From positions 44,206,001-44,270,000 of the forward strand of contig CM068743.1 of assembly GCA_035084275.1 (NCBI GenBank): a DNA stretch of 64,000 nt, in the 5' to 3' direction. Source of the stretch: Hydrolagus colliei (Eukaryota). The translations under genes were made by a program, and so were the position numbers. The notes under the pieces were generated by a model, which saw only the letters and a list, made by a program, of their open reading frames with translations, had not been told where the DNA came from and searched no databases. Each line of letters begins with the position of its first letter. The stretch's first letter is position 1. This document shows, one piece after another, positions 25,919 to 38,752 of this stretch.

Positions 25919-26566
25919 CAACAAGCACACTAAATACTGCAAGATGCTGGAAATCTAAAACAGAAACCGCTGGGAACACTCAGCAGGTCAGGTGGTCTAT
26001 GGAAGAGTATGGAGAAAAGAGAAGTGAGTCAACATTTCGGGTCCACGATCCTTCATCAAAATAGGGTCATGTAGGGAGGGAGAGGCAGGGCAAGGAAGAC
26101 AACAACAACAACAACAAAATTACATCTATAGAGCGCCTTTCACATTGGGAGGATGTCCCAAGGCACTGAACAGTCAGGTCAGGACCAAGCAGGGGGGAAA
26201 GGGTCGCGTTACGGGGACGGGAAGGAGAGTAGGAGAGGGGCAAGAGTTAGGAGGGGAGCAGAAGGCATGGTTGAAGAGAAAGGTCTTGAGACTGGCCTTG
26301 AAGGAGGAAAGGGAGGAAGTGAGGCGAAGGGATTGCGGGATGGAGTTCCACAGTGTCAAAGCAGAGAGGCTGAAAGGTGAAAGCAGAGTGGGGTGATTAG
26401 GGCGGTAGACGTGGAGCAGGCCAGAGCCTGCTGAGCGGAGGGGATGGGCAGGCTGATAAGGAGACAGCAGGTAGAGGACAACGGTAGAGGTCAGGCGATG
26501 ATGGGTTAAAGAGGTGTTAATGTTGTGAAACAAAAGGGAGAATTGCAACAAAACTGGAGAAAAGAG
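25919..26566 (-). mobile_element. Penelope-like insert with hammerhead motif, interrupted by L2
   Basis: 14-bp TSD caggaaaatatccc (25905-25918, 26567-26580); minus strand TTGATGA-A-GGATC-GTG-GACCC-GAAATGTTGACTC. Confidence 0.72.
26100..26480 (-). mobile_element. L2 3' fragment nested in a Penelope-type insert
   Basis: LLSPYQPAHPLRSAGSGLL...LWNSIP...FKASLKTFLF; (caa)n tail. Confidence 0.9.
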
Positions 26567-28219
26567 CAGGAAAATATCCCTGCTCTTTTCAAGTGGTACA
26601 TGACGATTTTAATGTCCTCCTGAACAGCTGGACAGGATCTTTGTTTAATAGCACCTCTGACAATGCAGACTCCATCAGATTTGCACTGGAATATTACTGA
26701 AGACTATGAGCTCAATGTCCTGTTGTGGTGCTTGAATGTCTAATTTTCTGACTCAGAGGCAGAGTGCTAGTGTTAATCTGGTACTTTCTCAAGCAAGAAA
26801 GCCCATTTTTCTTTATCGAACTCAAATACAAATCTCAGTGTTTTCTAAATGGCTAAGTAGAATCCAAACGTTCAACAATAAAGAAAACCTACCAATTATA
26901 AAATAAATCAAATGATTCACAAATAGTCTACAGCATGGAAGCAGGTCATGCCAGTGTTTATATTCCACATGAGTCTTCACCCATTTCTTACTCCTTCCAA
27001 TATCCCTCTGTTCCAATCTCCCTCATGTGAAGATCTTGCTACCTATTCAATGCATCTTTACTGAATGATTCAACAATAGCTTCAGGCTGCAAGTTCACCT
27101 CACTACCCTCTGTATTTGGCTATCGCGTTTTGCCCACAACTATACAGTCAATTCACTTTACAGTATATTCTGTCAAGCACTTTGAGACATCAATAAGATG
27201 TTAAAAGCACTATTATCAAATGCAAGGATTATTATTATTAAATAGTTACTCCCAAATTATTTTTTCCCTAGTCACTATCCTATATTTGTGTCCCCTGGTT
27301 TCAGCCACCCCAGCCAGTGGAAACAATATTGATTGATTGCAATTCATTAATACCATGTCTGTGAAAGAATAATACATTTGATGTAGCATTGTATAATGTC
27401 AAAATATTTCAAAGTGTTTATTAAAAAAATCACAGTGCAGTGGCTATGTTAGTGAATCCACATACACAAACTAAAATTGGTGTCAAACAGAACAAAATTA
27501 ACAGCTGGACTGGGAGAGCGGGAGGGTAAGGTGTCAACCATCTTCGTAAATTTGGACCTAAATATTTGAGGACATTGTTGACAAAGACAGATCATAAGAT
27601 CGGTCTGGAGATACAAGGTCCTTCGGCCTTCCATGGTCATTTCACTCTGAAACTCATAACTCCAGAGCACCAACTCTATTATCCCCTGCCACAGCACCAA
27701 GGTGCTTTAAATGAATCCACTATCCTGGCCCCTACCACTTATCCTGATAAGTCATTCCAGGAATTAGTTACTCATTGAGGAAAGAAAAACATTCTGGTGT
27801 CTGTTCTGAAATTGCCCTTTGGAACTCTAAACCTATTCACTCTTGTTCTATTGTCTTTTACATCCTATGAATGGCCGTGAATGTAGATCACAACCACAGA
27901 GCGTTTGAGCTTCACAAGAGACCAGTTTAAGTAGATTGATAATGTTATCTGTTTCAGAGATGTGAAAGATACGTCAATTATTAGGCATTTATATCTGTTT
28001 TCATGGATTTGATAGACATGACCAAGTATTCTGTTGCAGATCATGAAGGATAAATACAATGGAAAATATGTTACTTTAAGTTGCATTTTTATTCTTGAAA
28101 TGTATTGCTACCTGAAATTATTTATTTTCTCAGGAGGATTCATATGAAAATCCATTATATAAATGGCAGCACACCACTTTTAAAGCCGAGTGACATCATC
28201 AATCATGAGATTGGTAGTA

Positions 28220-28903
28220 CAGTAGACCCTCGCCGAACGCGGAGGTTATGTTTCTAGAAAACAGGGCACTTGGTAAAATTGCATTTGGTAAGCTTAATAA
28301 GTAATGGGGAAAAAAGGGGAAAAGGGAAAAAAGGGGTTAGGGGAATCAATCCATCCACAGGCTATCCAACCTCAAGCCTCCAGGCACATCCACACCTGAA
28401 CAACGCAAGGTACATACGTACCTTGTACTGAGGCGGGCTACAGCCGACTGGCCCACTCTCCCCGCTCGTCACACTCCCCGTTCTCACTGACTCAATGGAG
28501 ACAATAAAACAGCATCTTACACCACCACAGCTTGGCTAAATTATTTTACCTTTGATCCTGAAAGTGTTAGGAGATTCTCTCTCTCTCTCGCTCTATCTTT
28601 TCTGTTTACCATGCATTGCCATCAGGTTGCTCCGAGGCCGAGGAAAGTGTGTCCTCCCAAGTGTGTATTGCGCGTGGGGCCGGCGTCCTCCCAAATGCGC
28701 ATGTGTGCGAGGCTAGCCAGCCAAGGAATCATCGGACATAGTCGGGAGTTGCCGGCGTCCTCCCAAATGTACATGCGCATGGGGCCAGCCAGCATGTATA
28801 CGCAAATTTTACTTGTGTTACGGAAAAAAGTGCCGCATTTATTTATTTATTCGCGTATAGGCAAATCCATACTCGAGAAAGTTGCGTTCGTCTTGGGTTG
28901 ATT
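28220..28903. mobile_element. Tigger-like non-autonomous element
   Basis: ta-cagtagaccctcgccgaacgcg left TIR; degenerate right TIR gcgttcgtcttgggttgatta-ta; CpG-rich interior. Confidence 0.65.
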
Positions 28904-30304
28904 ATATAATGATATTCCATGGCTGACAAGCTTTTTCTATTTTATTAGCCTGGTTGAAGTTAAATGAACTCTCCAACTATCACACTGTAAGACTTCTACA
29001 GTTTAATAATAGAATAATCCTTGCATTTTATATAGTGCCCTTTGATGTTACCGAGGACTCTCAAAGTGCTTCACAGGATATACTGTAAAGTGAAGTGACC
29101 ATATTTATTTTGTGGAACAATGAAATTTGTGTCTTTCTCAACACAAAGTTGAATGTGTTAAATAGTACGAGGGAATAATTTGTACGGTCTACAAATACTG
29201 TGCCCATTGTTAGAAATTTATCACCAGTTTTCAATGAGAAAATGTCTTGACAACAGGTAAATGTCTCCTTAGCAACAAGCCTATTAAATGGAACTGCATC
29301 CATCAAGCTAATGTTGCCGCATTTATAAAAGTGAAATGCCCAAGGTAGAAAACGTGAATTAAGAGACTGGATGTCAATATGCTACGTAAGTTCATAACTG
29401 ATGATAACATCACAGAGAACAGAACAAAAGGAAATAACTACCATGGCTGAAGAACATTGGTGAGACACAGCAGGTTGATTGCTCTATGTGGTCAAGAGGT
29501 AAGGAGACTGAGTTATGATTTCATGTTGCACAATCTTCTTGTGCCTTCTCTTGGTAGATATGTTGCTCGTCAAGTTTAACGATGTTGACACTTTCCTATT
29601 TCAGCCACCTGGTTACAGCATCAAACATTCCCAGGTCATCTACCAAAGCTGGTCAGCTCCAATAATATGCCTTAGCCCTGACCTGAAAGGAGCATCACTT
29701 AATGTAGCAGCTTGACATGCCCATTTCTTATTATCAGCCACTCTGTGGTCTCTGATCTGTTAAAGTTGAGCACATTTTTTTGTTGTTGACCTAGGTTATC
29801 TGAGAATGGATTGAAACTGCCCAAGCTCCTTTTACATAAGGCCATTTCAGTCAGAAGGAGACTAATACATTTGGATCTAAGCTGGAATCAAACTTAAATG
29901 TTGACGTTTATAACCACCTTAAATAAATGGATTTGAATACAAATTGTTTCTGGTTTTTTTCCCTGATTCAAAAAAATTGTGATTTGACAAATGAGTTACC
30001 AAGTAAACTTAAATGTTGTGGGTTGTCCCACAAAATACAGACTGTCATACCTTTTGGAGCATAAACTGTGAAGCGCTTTGAGATGTCTCAGCAATAATAT
30101 TAGGATTGTCAAATCAAATGCTAGGATTTGTACGATGAGATGTAACACTTTTTTGTTCACTAGAGTGTAGTGCTAGTTCTGCTACCTAAATAATGATGTA
30201 TAGCTGCTTAAATAGATCAGAATTTGTCAGCTGATTGTTTTTTGGATAGCAATGTCTGGAGGTGGTCTGAAGCTAATTATACTCCTTCACCTCTGTTTGA
30301 TTAC

Positions 30305-30471
30305 CCTTCTTGTGGGGGAAGGTTTCAGCATCTCCCTGGAGCTGAGTTGATTCCAAGGTGATATGCTTATCAATGAAGCTTAGAACAGAGTCAATTTTTT
30401 GCCTCGGTATTACTTGTATGATTCCTGAATGAGGCTGGTAGAAGGTACTGCAAGCCTTGACTCTCACCAAC
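30305..30471 (-). pseudogene. Exon (167 nt, phase 2 to 1), open frame
   Basis: tttggcacag|G TTG...AAGAAGG|gtaatc; LVRVKACSTFYQPHSGIIQVIPRQKIDSVLSFIDKHITLESTQLQGDAETFPHKK; TG+G forms Trp across the junction. Confidence 0.65.
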
Positions 30472-31145
30472 CTGTGCCAAATATTTTCCAGGATTAAGTA
30501 AATAGGGTAAATCTCCCCAGAGAAAAAGCGTATGTCCCTGCTAGAGAAAAGATAATTTCTGTGTGTAAGTAGTATTTCAGTTCAGTTTTAAGCATGCTGA
30601 TACATGTTTGCATTTGTCAACTTCCATGCTGAACAAAGATAAAAATGTCTTCTGATCTCTTTCATTTGGCCCTATTCTGGCAGTAGTGAAATTTCAGATG
30701 GCAAGAGTTATTTTGAAAGTAAGACTAAATACCGGCGTTCCATTTACCATTACAAAATTAATGAGGCCCTGAATTGAAATGTGCTGAAGTCTGCTAGACC
30801 TGCCTGCCCAAACGGATTGATTCAGTGGTGATTAAGACTGAATCCGCAAACTAAGGGTCCTGAATGTGAATGTTAAACCTCAGGGATGTAACCAGGGAGG
30901 AACAAATCGACCTTCAGGAATATAAGCTCCTTAATACAATCCAGATCGAATGTGGACTAATGAGGTGAGACAACATTGCTTGTTGTATTAAAAATTATTT
31001 CTCTATTGCATACTAATGGGAATACTGCCCAATTACTTTTCTGCCACTCAAGTGAGTGCAGCCTACATCAACCTCTTAGACCTCCAGCAGCACAGCGATA
31101 TCAACATAGTGAGTATGTGTTTCAGGTTCCTGAACAATAAATTAC

Positions 31146-31434
31146 CATGTTATTTGTGGTGCTTTCCTCTAAACATGCATCACGGTTTCCCGTTTGAGTT
31201 CCAATGTTGTCAGCTGCTGCAGCCTCTGTACATCTAACCATTTGTTTTTACAATTAATGGGTACTCCGGTAACTTGTTATTGTGACAAAGTGACAAATCA
31301 TAACTGCAAATTCTTGGATTCTTGTTATTTTCAAGGGCGTCAAACAAAGCCATCAAAACAAGCATTACATAATGTGGTCAAAGCAAGTGCTTTCTTTTTT
31401 TGGTTGGGATTAAACCTGAGTTCTCCTAAATATT
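31146..31434 (-). pseudogene. Pseudo-exon (289 nt, phase 1 to 2), disrupted
   Basis: ttttgtatatttcag|AA...ACATG|gtaatt; YLGELRFNPNQK, then probable shift to PHYVMLVLMALFDALENNKNPRICSYDLSLCHNNKLPEYPLIVKTNG, then DVQRLQQLTTLELKRETVMHV*RKAPQIT(W); net length is in frame with both neighbours. Confidence 0.6.
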
Positions 31435-32539
31435 CTGAAATATACAAAAGTTACCAGTTATCCTGGTGAAACTATCCATTGCAATGATAAATTTCACCTC
31501 CTCCATCTTACTACTTTCCAGTGGAGTGCTGTCAAGAGGGGAATATTCACACAATACCTACTCTTGCCTTATTTTGGCAGTAGTGAGTAGTCTTCCCAAT
31601 GTGAAAGACACTCTAAAATTTTAATTTTGTTGTTATTGTTGTTGCCAGTTGCGGGAACTAAACATTCAGAATCGGGTAATACTGGAACTGTTATCTTTGA
31701 CAGAATGTTTGAGAGTTTTGATGATCTACTAAGTCAATTTAGTTAAGAGCATTAACATTTTGCATGTTCTTACCAATTGACCACTAATAATAATAATAAT
31801 TCTTCCATTTGATAAAATATTATTTTCATGTTGGGAGTTTGTTGAAATGTGCCATATTGAATGAAAGTTGTTCCTGTATGTGGGTATAGTAAAATATTCC
31901 CTGACCTCTCTGCCCTCCCTCATCCCAACCCTGCCTACCCGCCTCCTTCCCGCCCCCGGCTCGGCCCCCAAACTACCCATGCACGGGTCCTGACCCCTGA
32001 CTGTTCAGCACCCGACGTGAAAGGTGCTCTACAATTTTGTTGTTGTTGTTAACTGCTCTTGGTCCTACCCCATGTGAAGGACGCTATGTAAATACATGTT
32101 GTAGTTTAAGTTGTTCTATTGTCACCACATCTTTTGACATTTTACAATAATATATAGAACATATGCAGGTAGCTTCCAGTATATGGTAATGATGATTACT
32201 ATCCAACAAAAATAATTAGCAAAAGGTATATAATTTCCAATTTGGTTGAAGTTAAATTCCTCTCTTACATCTGGAGAATGGTTTTTCCCTCCAGACCATT
32301 CAGTACATCAGCGCCATTTTCTGCAACTAGCACAAACGTACACAGCAAGGCTCGGTGACATCTGCACTGACTCTGACAACCCTGGAAGTGCTGTTGAGCA
32401 GCAGCACTGCAACACAGTTAGTTTATAATGCAGCGTCTCACTATACAGGCCCCAATTATCTGTCAGATATTATAACATGTTAGACTGCAGTTATTTCAAT
32501 ACTCCTTACTCCATTTAAAAGAGGGTTCTTCATTGCATC

Positions 32540-32900
32540 CGGCAGCTCAGTAGTTGGAGCACTTGCCTCGTAAGCAAGAGACCTAGGTTCGATTCCAGAC
32601 GGGGCAAAATATTGAGCAAGTTTCCTTATTCTGCATATTTCTGTTTACCTTGCAGGAAGTAGGAACTCAGTTGTTCCTCACATGGTGGATCACTTTTTCC
32701 AGGGGTAATATTTCCTTCAAATAAAACGAATAAATTGTTCACTTCAATCCACGACTTTTTTGGGACACTGCTGTGTACGATTGACTGCCATGTTTCACCT
32801 ACATAGTATACCATCAATTCACTTTACAGTATATTCTGTGAAGCTCTCGGAGACGTCACAAGAAGTGATAAGGCACTATATAAAATGGAGGATTATTGTT
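32540..32900 (+). mobile_element. tRNA-derived SINE, long form
   Basis: agctcagtag A box, ggttcgattcc B box, extra segment, family tail. Confidence 0.85.
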
Positions 32901-33009
32901 ATTCATTTTGTTCAACTGCATGTCACAATCTACATGACAAAAGTTAGCAAAAACCAACTTCCCGAAAACATTTCAACATTTCTTTCACTGTCAATGATAG
33001 TCATCATGC

Positions 33010-33166
33010 CTTTGAAATTGCTGCAATTGATCCATTCATCCAACAAGATCTGTACATAGAGATGGATACAGAGAGAAGTCTGTTTGCCTTCTATCAGGAT
33101 GGCAGTCAGAAGCTTCAATCCATGGTTTACTGAGTTCAACCAGTGAAGTGTTGCAGGAAGGTAACT
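33010..33166 (-). pseudogene. Exon (157 nt, phase 0 to 1) with GC donor
   Basis: actttgcctttgtgtacag|AGT...TTCAAAG|gcatga; SYLPATLHWLNSVNHGLKLLTAILIEGKQTSLCIHLYVQILLDEWINCSNFK; open frame; donor is GC (GC-AG intron or mutated GT). Confidence 0.55.
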
Positions 33167-34347
33167 CTGTACACAAAGGCAAAGTATCCATCAGAGACAT
33201 AATTAGTCCGTATAAAATTGGTATCGGAAATGGTTCACTCTCTACTCCCAGCCACAACCCCCCCCCCACCCACATATGCTCAGATGGTAATGCTGATACC
33301 TTACACTCACACCACACATACACACTCATGTTTAAAAAGGATCATCTAGAATAAAGAAGGTAGTTTAACCCATCTGATCTTATCCCTCCAGTGTCCCTTC
33401 TCTAAGTCTTCTGATCACAGCATCAAGCTGCTTTTTAAACGTGAGTCAGCCGGACTCAATTGGTAGAACCATCCCAATGTTGTGACACTGAACCCATATA
33501 ATCTGATTCTGATACTCCAATGCAGCACTGGGGGATTGCTGGATAGTGGGAGGTGATGTCCTTCAGATGAAACATTAAGATGAGATCCAGTCTGCCTGTG
33601 AGGGACTATTGAAAAGAGCAGGGAGTTTCTTGCAGATTCCTGGTCAATAGTCTCAAATGAAATTGGTCATTCACTCCATGGTTTATTGTAAGACATGGCT
33701 GTGCACAAATTTGGCCACAAAATACAAAAACAACAAAATTACATTTATAGAGCGCCTTTCACGTCGGGAGAACGTCCCAAGGCACTGAACAGTCAGGTCG
33801 GGAACTGAGCAAAGGAGAGGAGCAGAGCAGGTGGCATACATATATATATGATGCATATATACTGTGAAGTGTTTTAAGATATCTCAAAGACATATTAAAG
33901 CAACAACAACTGCAAATTAGTTTTGTATCAGTCCTTTCAAGTCAGGAGGACATCCCAAGGCACTGGAACTACGTCAAATGCAAGGATTATTAATGAACTA
34001 TTAATCTAATCATTTATTATTGATTATATCATTCAACTTGGTAAAGGTAATGACTAGAAGGAGGCTTGCATCACAATGAAGTATCATGTGGAGTATCAAC
34101 CGACATGTTTTCCCGCTGCTTGTACAGTTAGGACCGTCATAGGGTTTTGACTTGCAGCGTTAACAGGAGTTGAGTGGGATGACTCACTGCCTTCAGTGAT
34201 TGGTCTGCCCTTCCAAGTTCTGTCTATGAGCCTCCATCATCAGCTGTCATCAGCAGTGCCCTGGAAATGCAATGGACCTCCCTGGCTCAGGAACCGCCAC
34301 AGCGGGCTGGCTCAGTTCCGACATTCCAATAACAGGCATGTCATATA

Positions 34348-34643
34348 GTGGAGTCCTGTAACACAGTGTTTAGAGTACTCGCCTTACAAGCGAGAGACCT
34401 GGATTTGATTCCCTTGGGCAAGTTTCCTTACTCCACACACCTGATAATATCCCCTCAAAAAAAACATAATAAATTGGTCATTTTTCAATCCATGACTGTT
34501 TGTGCGATACTGCTGTGCGCAATTGACTGCTGTGTTTCGCCCACAAATATACAGACAATTCACTTTACAGTATATTCTGTAAAGCGCTTTGAGACGTCTA
34601 GAAGATATGAAAAGCGCTGTATCAAATGCAAAGATTATTATTA
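34348..34643 (+). mobile_element. tRNA-derived SINE, short form
   Basis: Same family as 46043-46354. Confidence 0.88.
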
Positions 34644-34991
34644 AATCACCCGGACTTATCTCCACCCCAAAGTGGAGTATAAACACAGGCATGAACTAAT
34701 TTGGCCGAATGCCTTATTTCCGTGCTGTACATTCTTTGTACGACAGTTACAGAATATATGAATTCAGACCCCTTTTTAATAAGTATCTAATATATTCTGT
34801 GCTATAGATAATCCGGGATGTTCTTTAGCTGGTGCACTGTGCAGAGTCAGTCACAAAATAGATACTGGTACCAATCATGAAACAGAAGTAAAATAAATCA
34901 CCGGAAAATAATATATTGCAAGTTACTGAGGCAGAGCGTGGGTGTTGAACAGTGTTGGAAAGAGACATGTGAAAGTGAGTTCACTTCTTAC

Positions 34992-35265
34992 CAAATATAT
35001 CATTCCTTGGTTCTCCAGAGGAAGCACAAACTGTTCCCAGTGAACAGCTGATGGTAGAACAGACAATTCTGAACTTTCTGTTTCATCTCTGACTCCCTCT
35101 TTTTCTGATAAACCAACTGGAACATAAAGCTGGAAATGAAAATATCTCAGTAACCTGCTTGGTCTTGGTAGTGTCTGTTGTAAGATTAAACCATCTTCAG
35201 AGAGGTGTGAACTTGTGTTAATAAACTGCTTAACGGAGTCCTGCCCTCCATTCAAACCAAGGAAC
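34992..35265 (-). pseudogene. Exon (274 nt, phase 2 to 0), open frame
   Basis: aaacag|G TTC...ATATATTTG|gtaaga; FLGLNGGQDSVKQFINTSSHLSEDGLILQQTLPRPSRLLRYFHFQLYVPVGLSEKEGVRDETESSELSVLPSAVHWEQFVLPLENQGMIYL; no stops (ORF 34923..35255). Confidence 0.7.
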
Positions 35266-35292
35266 CTGTTTTCTCATGAGTCAATCCAAGTA

Positions 35293-35513
35293 CAGTAAAA
35301 GCCCGTTTATCCGGCACCCGATCAACCGTAACTTCTGTATAACTGGCATTGCAAAAAAAAAGGTCAGCATTCGATTAACTGGAATTTATCCGGAAAAATG
35401 CATTTAAAATTTTTTTTTAACATTCTTTTTTGGCGTTTTCGGCCGAATATCCAGCACACGCTTTATCGGCATTGGCCAGGTCCCAAGGGTGCCGGATAAA
35501 CAGGCTTTTACTG
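35293..35513. mobile_element. Tigger/pogo-like MITE
   Basis: 26-bp TIR cagtaaaagcccgtttatccggcacc (1 mismatch); TA TSD. Confidence 0.92.
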
Positions 35514-36307
35514 TACTGTACTGAGGCCAATTCATTATAACCCCACAGACTCTTTATACCAGAATTTTGTTTATATTAAGTAAATTTCCTGTATTAATAA
35601 TCTTGACACATTTTAAGAAACTAAATGATTAAATTGCATAAAACAGGTTGTGAAATAATAATTTAAGAATGGTGCACTTACTAAGATTGTATATATAAAC
35701 AATCTCAGCACTGAAGGTTAAAATACAGGAATACTTGTGTACAATGGTAGAACTATTTTATATGAAATATGTCATTACATATGAAATATGTTTTTGTGTA
35801 TTAAACATTGTCTCGTACTGAAGGTTAAAAGAGAGGAATTATTTTGCACACTCACAGAATTGCTCGTTTTCTCACTCTGTTCCAAAAAATGTGCCAATAA
35901 AATAAAGAATTAATAAAAACTAAGTGGAGTCGAATGCCAACATCTCCATTTTTAAAATGGGAAAATTACAGCTGGAAGCATTGTCAGCCAGACACATTTC
36001 ACGGGCTGTCTTTGATACACTGACACACACAAGAGGCTTACTGTCATGTCTGTCACAGAAGCTGATTTGAAAGGTGGGATTATTTGGGTTAAAAAAAAAT
36101 TAAGAGCTCAAACAGAGCATTGGGTGTGTAATCAATTCAACTTTCTTTTTTAAAAAAAACAAATAAATTTGTTCTAAAAAACACAAAAAAATTCATCTGA
36201 TTTTCCAAGATTCTTTACATTGCTCCTAATCATGTGTAAGGAACAGCAGCAGTGAAGCTTCATTGCTTCCCTAGCCTGAGGACCTTTCTCCTTGTCAGTG
36301 ATGTCAC

Positions 36308-36495
36308 CTGGAAGTCTGTCGCTTGTATGTAGAGGTTGCATGCAATTGATGTGCTGAATCAAAATTACTGGAGCATAGATTAGGCGATGTGAGAGGTCGG
36401 ACATTTATTCTGGGACCGGAGCTTGCACATATAGTGGGGGTAAAGGAGGGGGTGGCATGGGTGGAATTGAATCTTAAACTTAATATTTGATGTAG
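36308..36495 (-). pseudogene. Candidate exon (188 nt, phase 0 to 2), open frame
   Basis: ggatttcag|CTA...TCCAG|gtgaca; LHQILSLRFNSTHATPSFTPTICASSGPRINVRPLTSPNLCSSNFDSAHQLHATSTYKRQTS(R); phase fits next exon. Other frames are also partly open, so ambiguous. Confidence 0.4.
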
Positions 36496-36874
36496 CTGAA
36501 ATCCAGGTTAATTCTGCAATATTTATGTACTCAAAGGGTCTGGCTTTCTGTGACGTTGAAATCGGCAGAGAAGCCATTTTTAACAGCTATAGTTATGTGA
36601 CAACTTTACATTGATCCCTGGAGAATGCATCCACAGATTAATTATTGGGCAAGAATTCCTATTTGTAATGGGAATTCAAGCTTCATGGAAAGCATTTCAC
36701 ATGGGTCTAAATTTTTTCATGTCTATTTTCTTAGCATTTCAGAGTAGGAAGAATTTAGCAAATTCACAGCAATCATGTTAATTTTGAAGTTACTTTTCTG
36801 TTAGTTAATAGCTGGAGAAAAATACCTTCAAAGACTGCAATCAATAATTTGCTAAATTCTGCTTAGCCTGAAAA

Positions 36875-37152
36875 TAATGATAATAATAATAATCCTTGCA
36901 TTTGATATAGCGTTTTCCCATCTTCTAAACAACAACAACAAAATTACACTTGTTTAGCCCCTTTCATGTCAAGAGGACATCTCAAAGTACTTCACAGAGT
37001 ATACTGTAAAGTGAATTGACTCTACATTTGGACAAACTGTGGCAGCCAATTGAACACAGCAGTGTCCCACAAACAGTCATGGATTGAAATTATCAATTAT
37101 TATTGATTTATTTCTTGAGGGATTATTATTAGGATTATTGGAAACTTGCCTT
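36875..37152 (-). mobile_element. SINE 3' part with nested L2 tail
   Basis: Same family; (caa)n L2 tail at ~36929-36985. Confidence 0.8.
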
Positions 37153-37511
37153 AGTGAAAAAGAAAGATAAGGAAATAGTTAATCTAAACCCAGGTGGGAT
37201 TTCTGCTCTTTACTGGGTCTATTTATGTGCTGAAGTGGCATTGAGCCAAGGATTTGTGTTGTGAACTGCCAACAAATTTCATGGCCTCTGTCATTAGTTA
37301 CTTTTAAGAATGTTGATCACAAAAAGTCATGCTTGTATGTTACATTCTTCATTCTCCTCAAAGCAGATATTTTTGCAACCATTTTCTTTCAGTGTATTAA
37401 ATTTTCATAAATATTGCTACTTTTAAAATATATGGTCAAACATGTCTGATTTGAAATGTCTACAGTATTAATATACAGCTTCAACAACACAACATCATCC
37501 ATTGATATAGG

Positions 37512-38752
37512 ACCTGCGTTCGACACAGTCGATCACACCATCCTCCTTCAACGTCTTTCCTCCCACCTCAACCTTCAAGGCACAGTCCTTGACTGGTTCC
37601 ACTCTTATTTGACCCATCGTTTACATTTTGTTTCTTCCAATGGCTTTTCTTCAAACCCCCGCACAGTTTCCCACGGCGTCCCTCAGGGTTCTGTCCTCGG
37701 TCCTCTTCTTTTCACCCTTTACACGCTCCCCCCGGGCGACGTCATCCGCAGACATGGGGTAAATTTCCACATGTATGTGGATGACACCCAGTTGTACCTT
37801 TCTGCCTCATCCCTCAACCCCCAGACGATCGATGTTCTGACAGCATGTCTGTCCGACATCGAATCTTGGACGAGGGACAACTTTTTGCAATTGAACATGA
37901 ATAAGACCGAGGCCCTCCTGATTGGCTCAAGCCAGCGCCTCCGCACATCGGGCGCTGCCAGCCTCAACATCCAAGGCTGTACTCTCCACCTCACAAAGCC
38001 AATCAGGAACCTCGGCATCATGTTCGATCAAAAACTTTCCTTCCTCCCCCACATCCGCGCCTTGACCGGCACCGCCTATTTCCATCTGCGCAACATTGCC
38101 AGGCTATCTTACCCCCCGCGCTGCCAAAACACTTGTGCACGCGTACATCACCTCACGGCTGGATTACGGAAATTCTCTCCTAATCGGCCTCCCCAGTTCC
38201 TCCATTCATAGGCTGCAGGCCATCCAAAACTCTGCAGCCCATGTACTATCCCGCACCCGCCTCCGTGACCACATAACCCCCACCCTCGCCCGTCTCCACT
38301 GGCTCCCCATCGTCCAGAGGATCGAATTTAAGATCCTCGTCCTCACCTACAAGGCCTTGCATGGCCTTGCCCCATCCTACCTAGCCGATCTACTCTCCCC
38401 CTACACGCCCACCCGGACCCTCCGTTCCACAGGACTTGGCCTGCTCCAAGCCCCCCGCCCGAACCGCCCCACCATCGGAGGCCGGGCCTTCAGTTTCTCT
38501 GCTCCCACCTTATGGAATGCCATCCCTCAATCCCTCCGTTTCGCATCTTCCCTTTCCTCTTTCAAGGCCGATTTGAAGACTTTCCTCTTCGATCGTGCCT
38601 TTTGTTCCACCCCAAACTCTTTTACCTCCCCTTCGTGTTTCACCCCTTCCCAAACACTCCCCTCCCAGCTCGGGTCACACGCCTCTTGTTTAGCGCCTTG
38701 GGACGTCCTCCCGACGTGAAAGGCGCTATATAAATGTAAATTGTTGTTGTTG
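37512..38752 (+). mobile_element. L2-clade LINE, 5'-truncated, frameshift near 38105
   Basis: [52 protein letters not shown]; 3' tail gacgtgaaaggcgctatataaatgtaaa(ttg)n. Confidence 0.96.
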
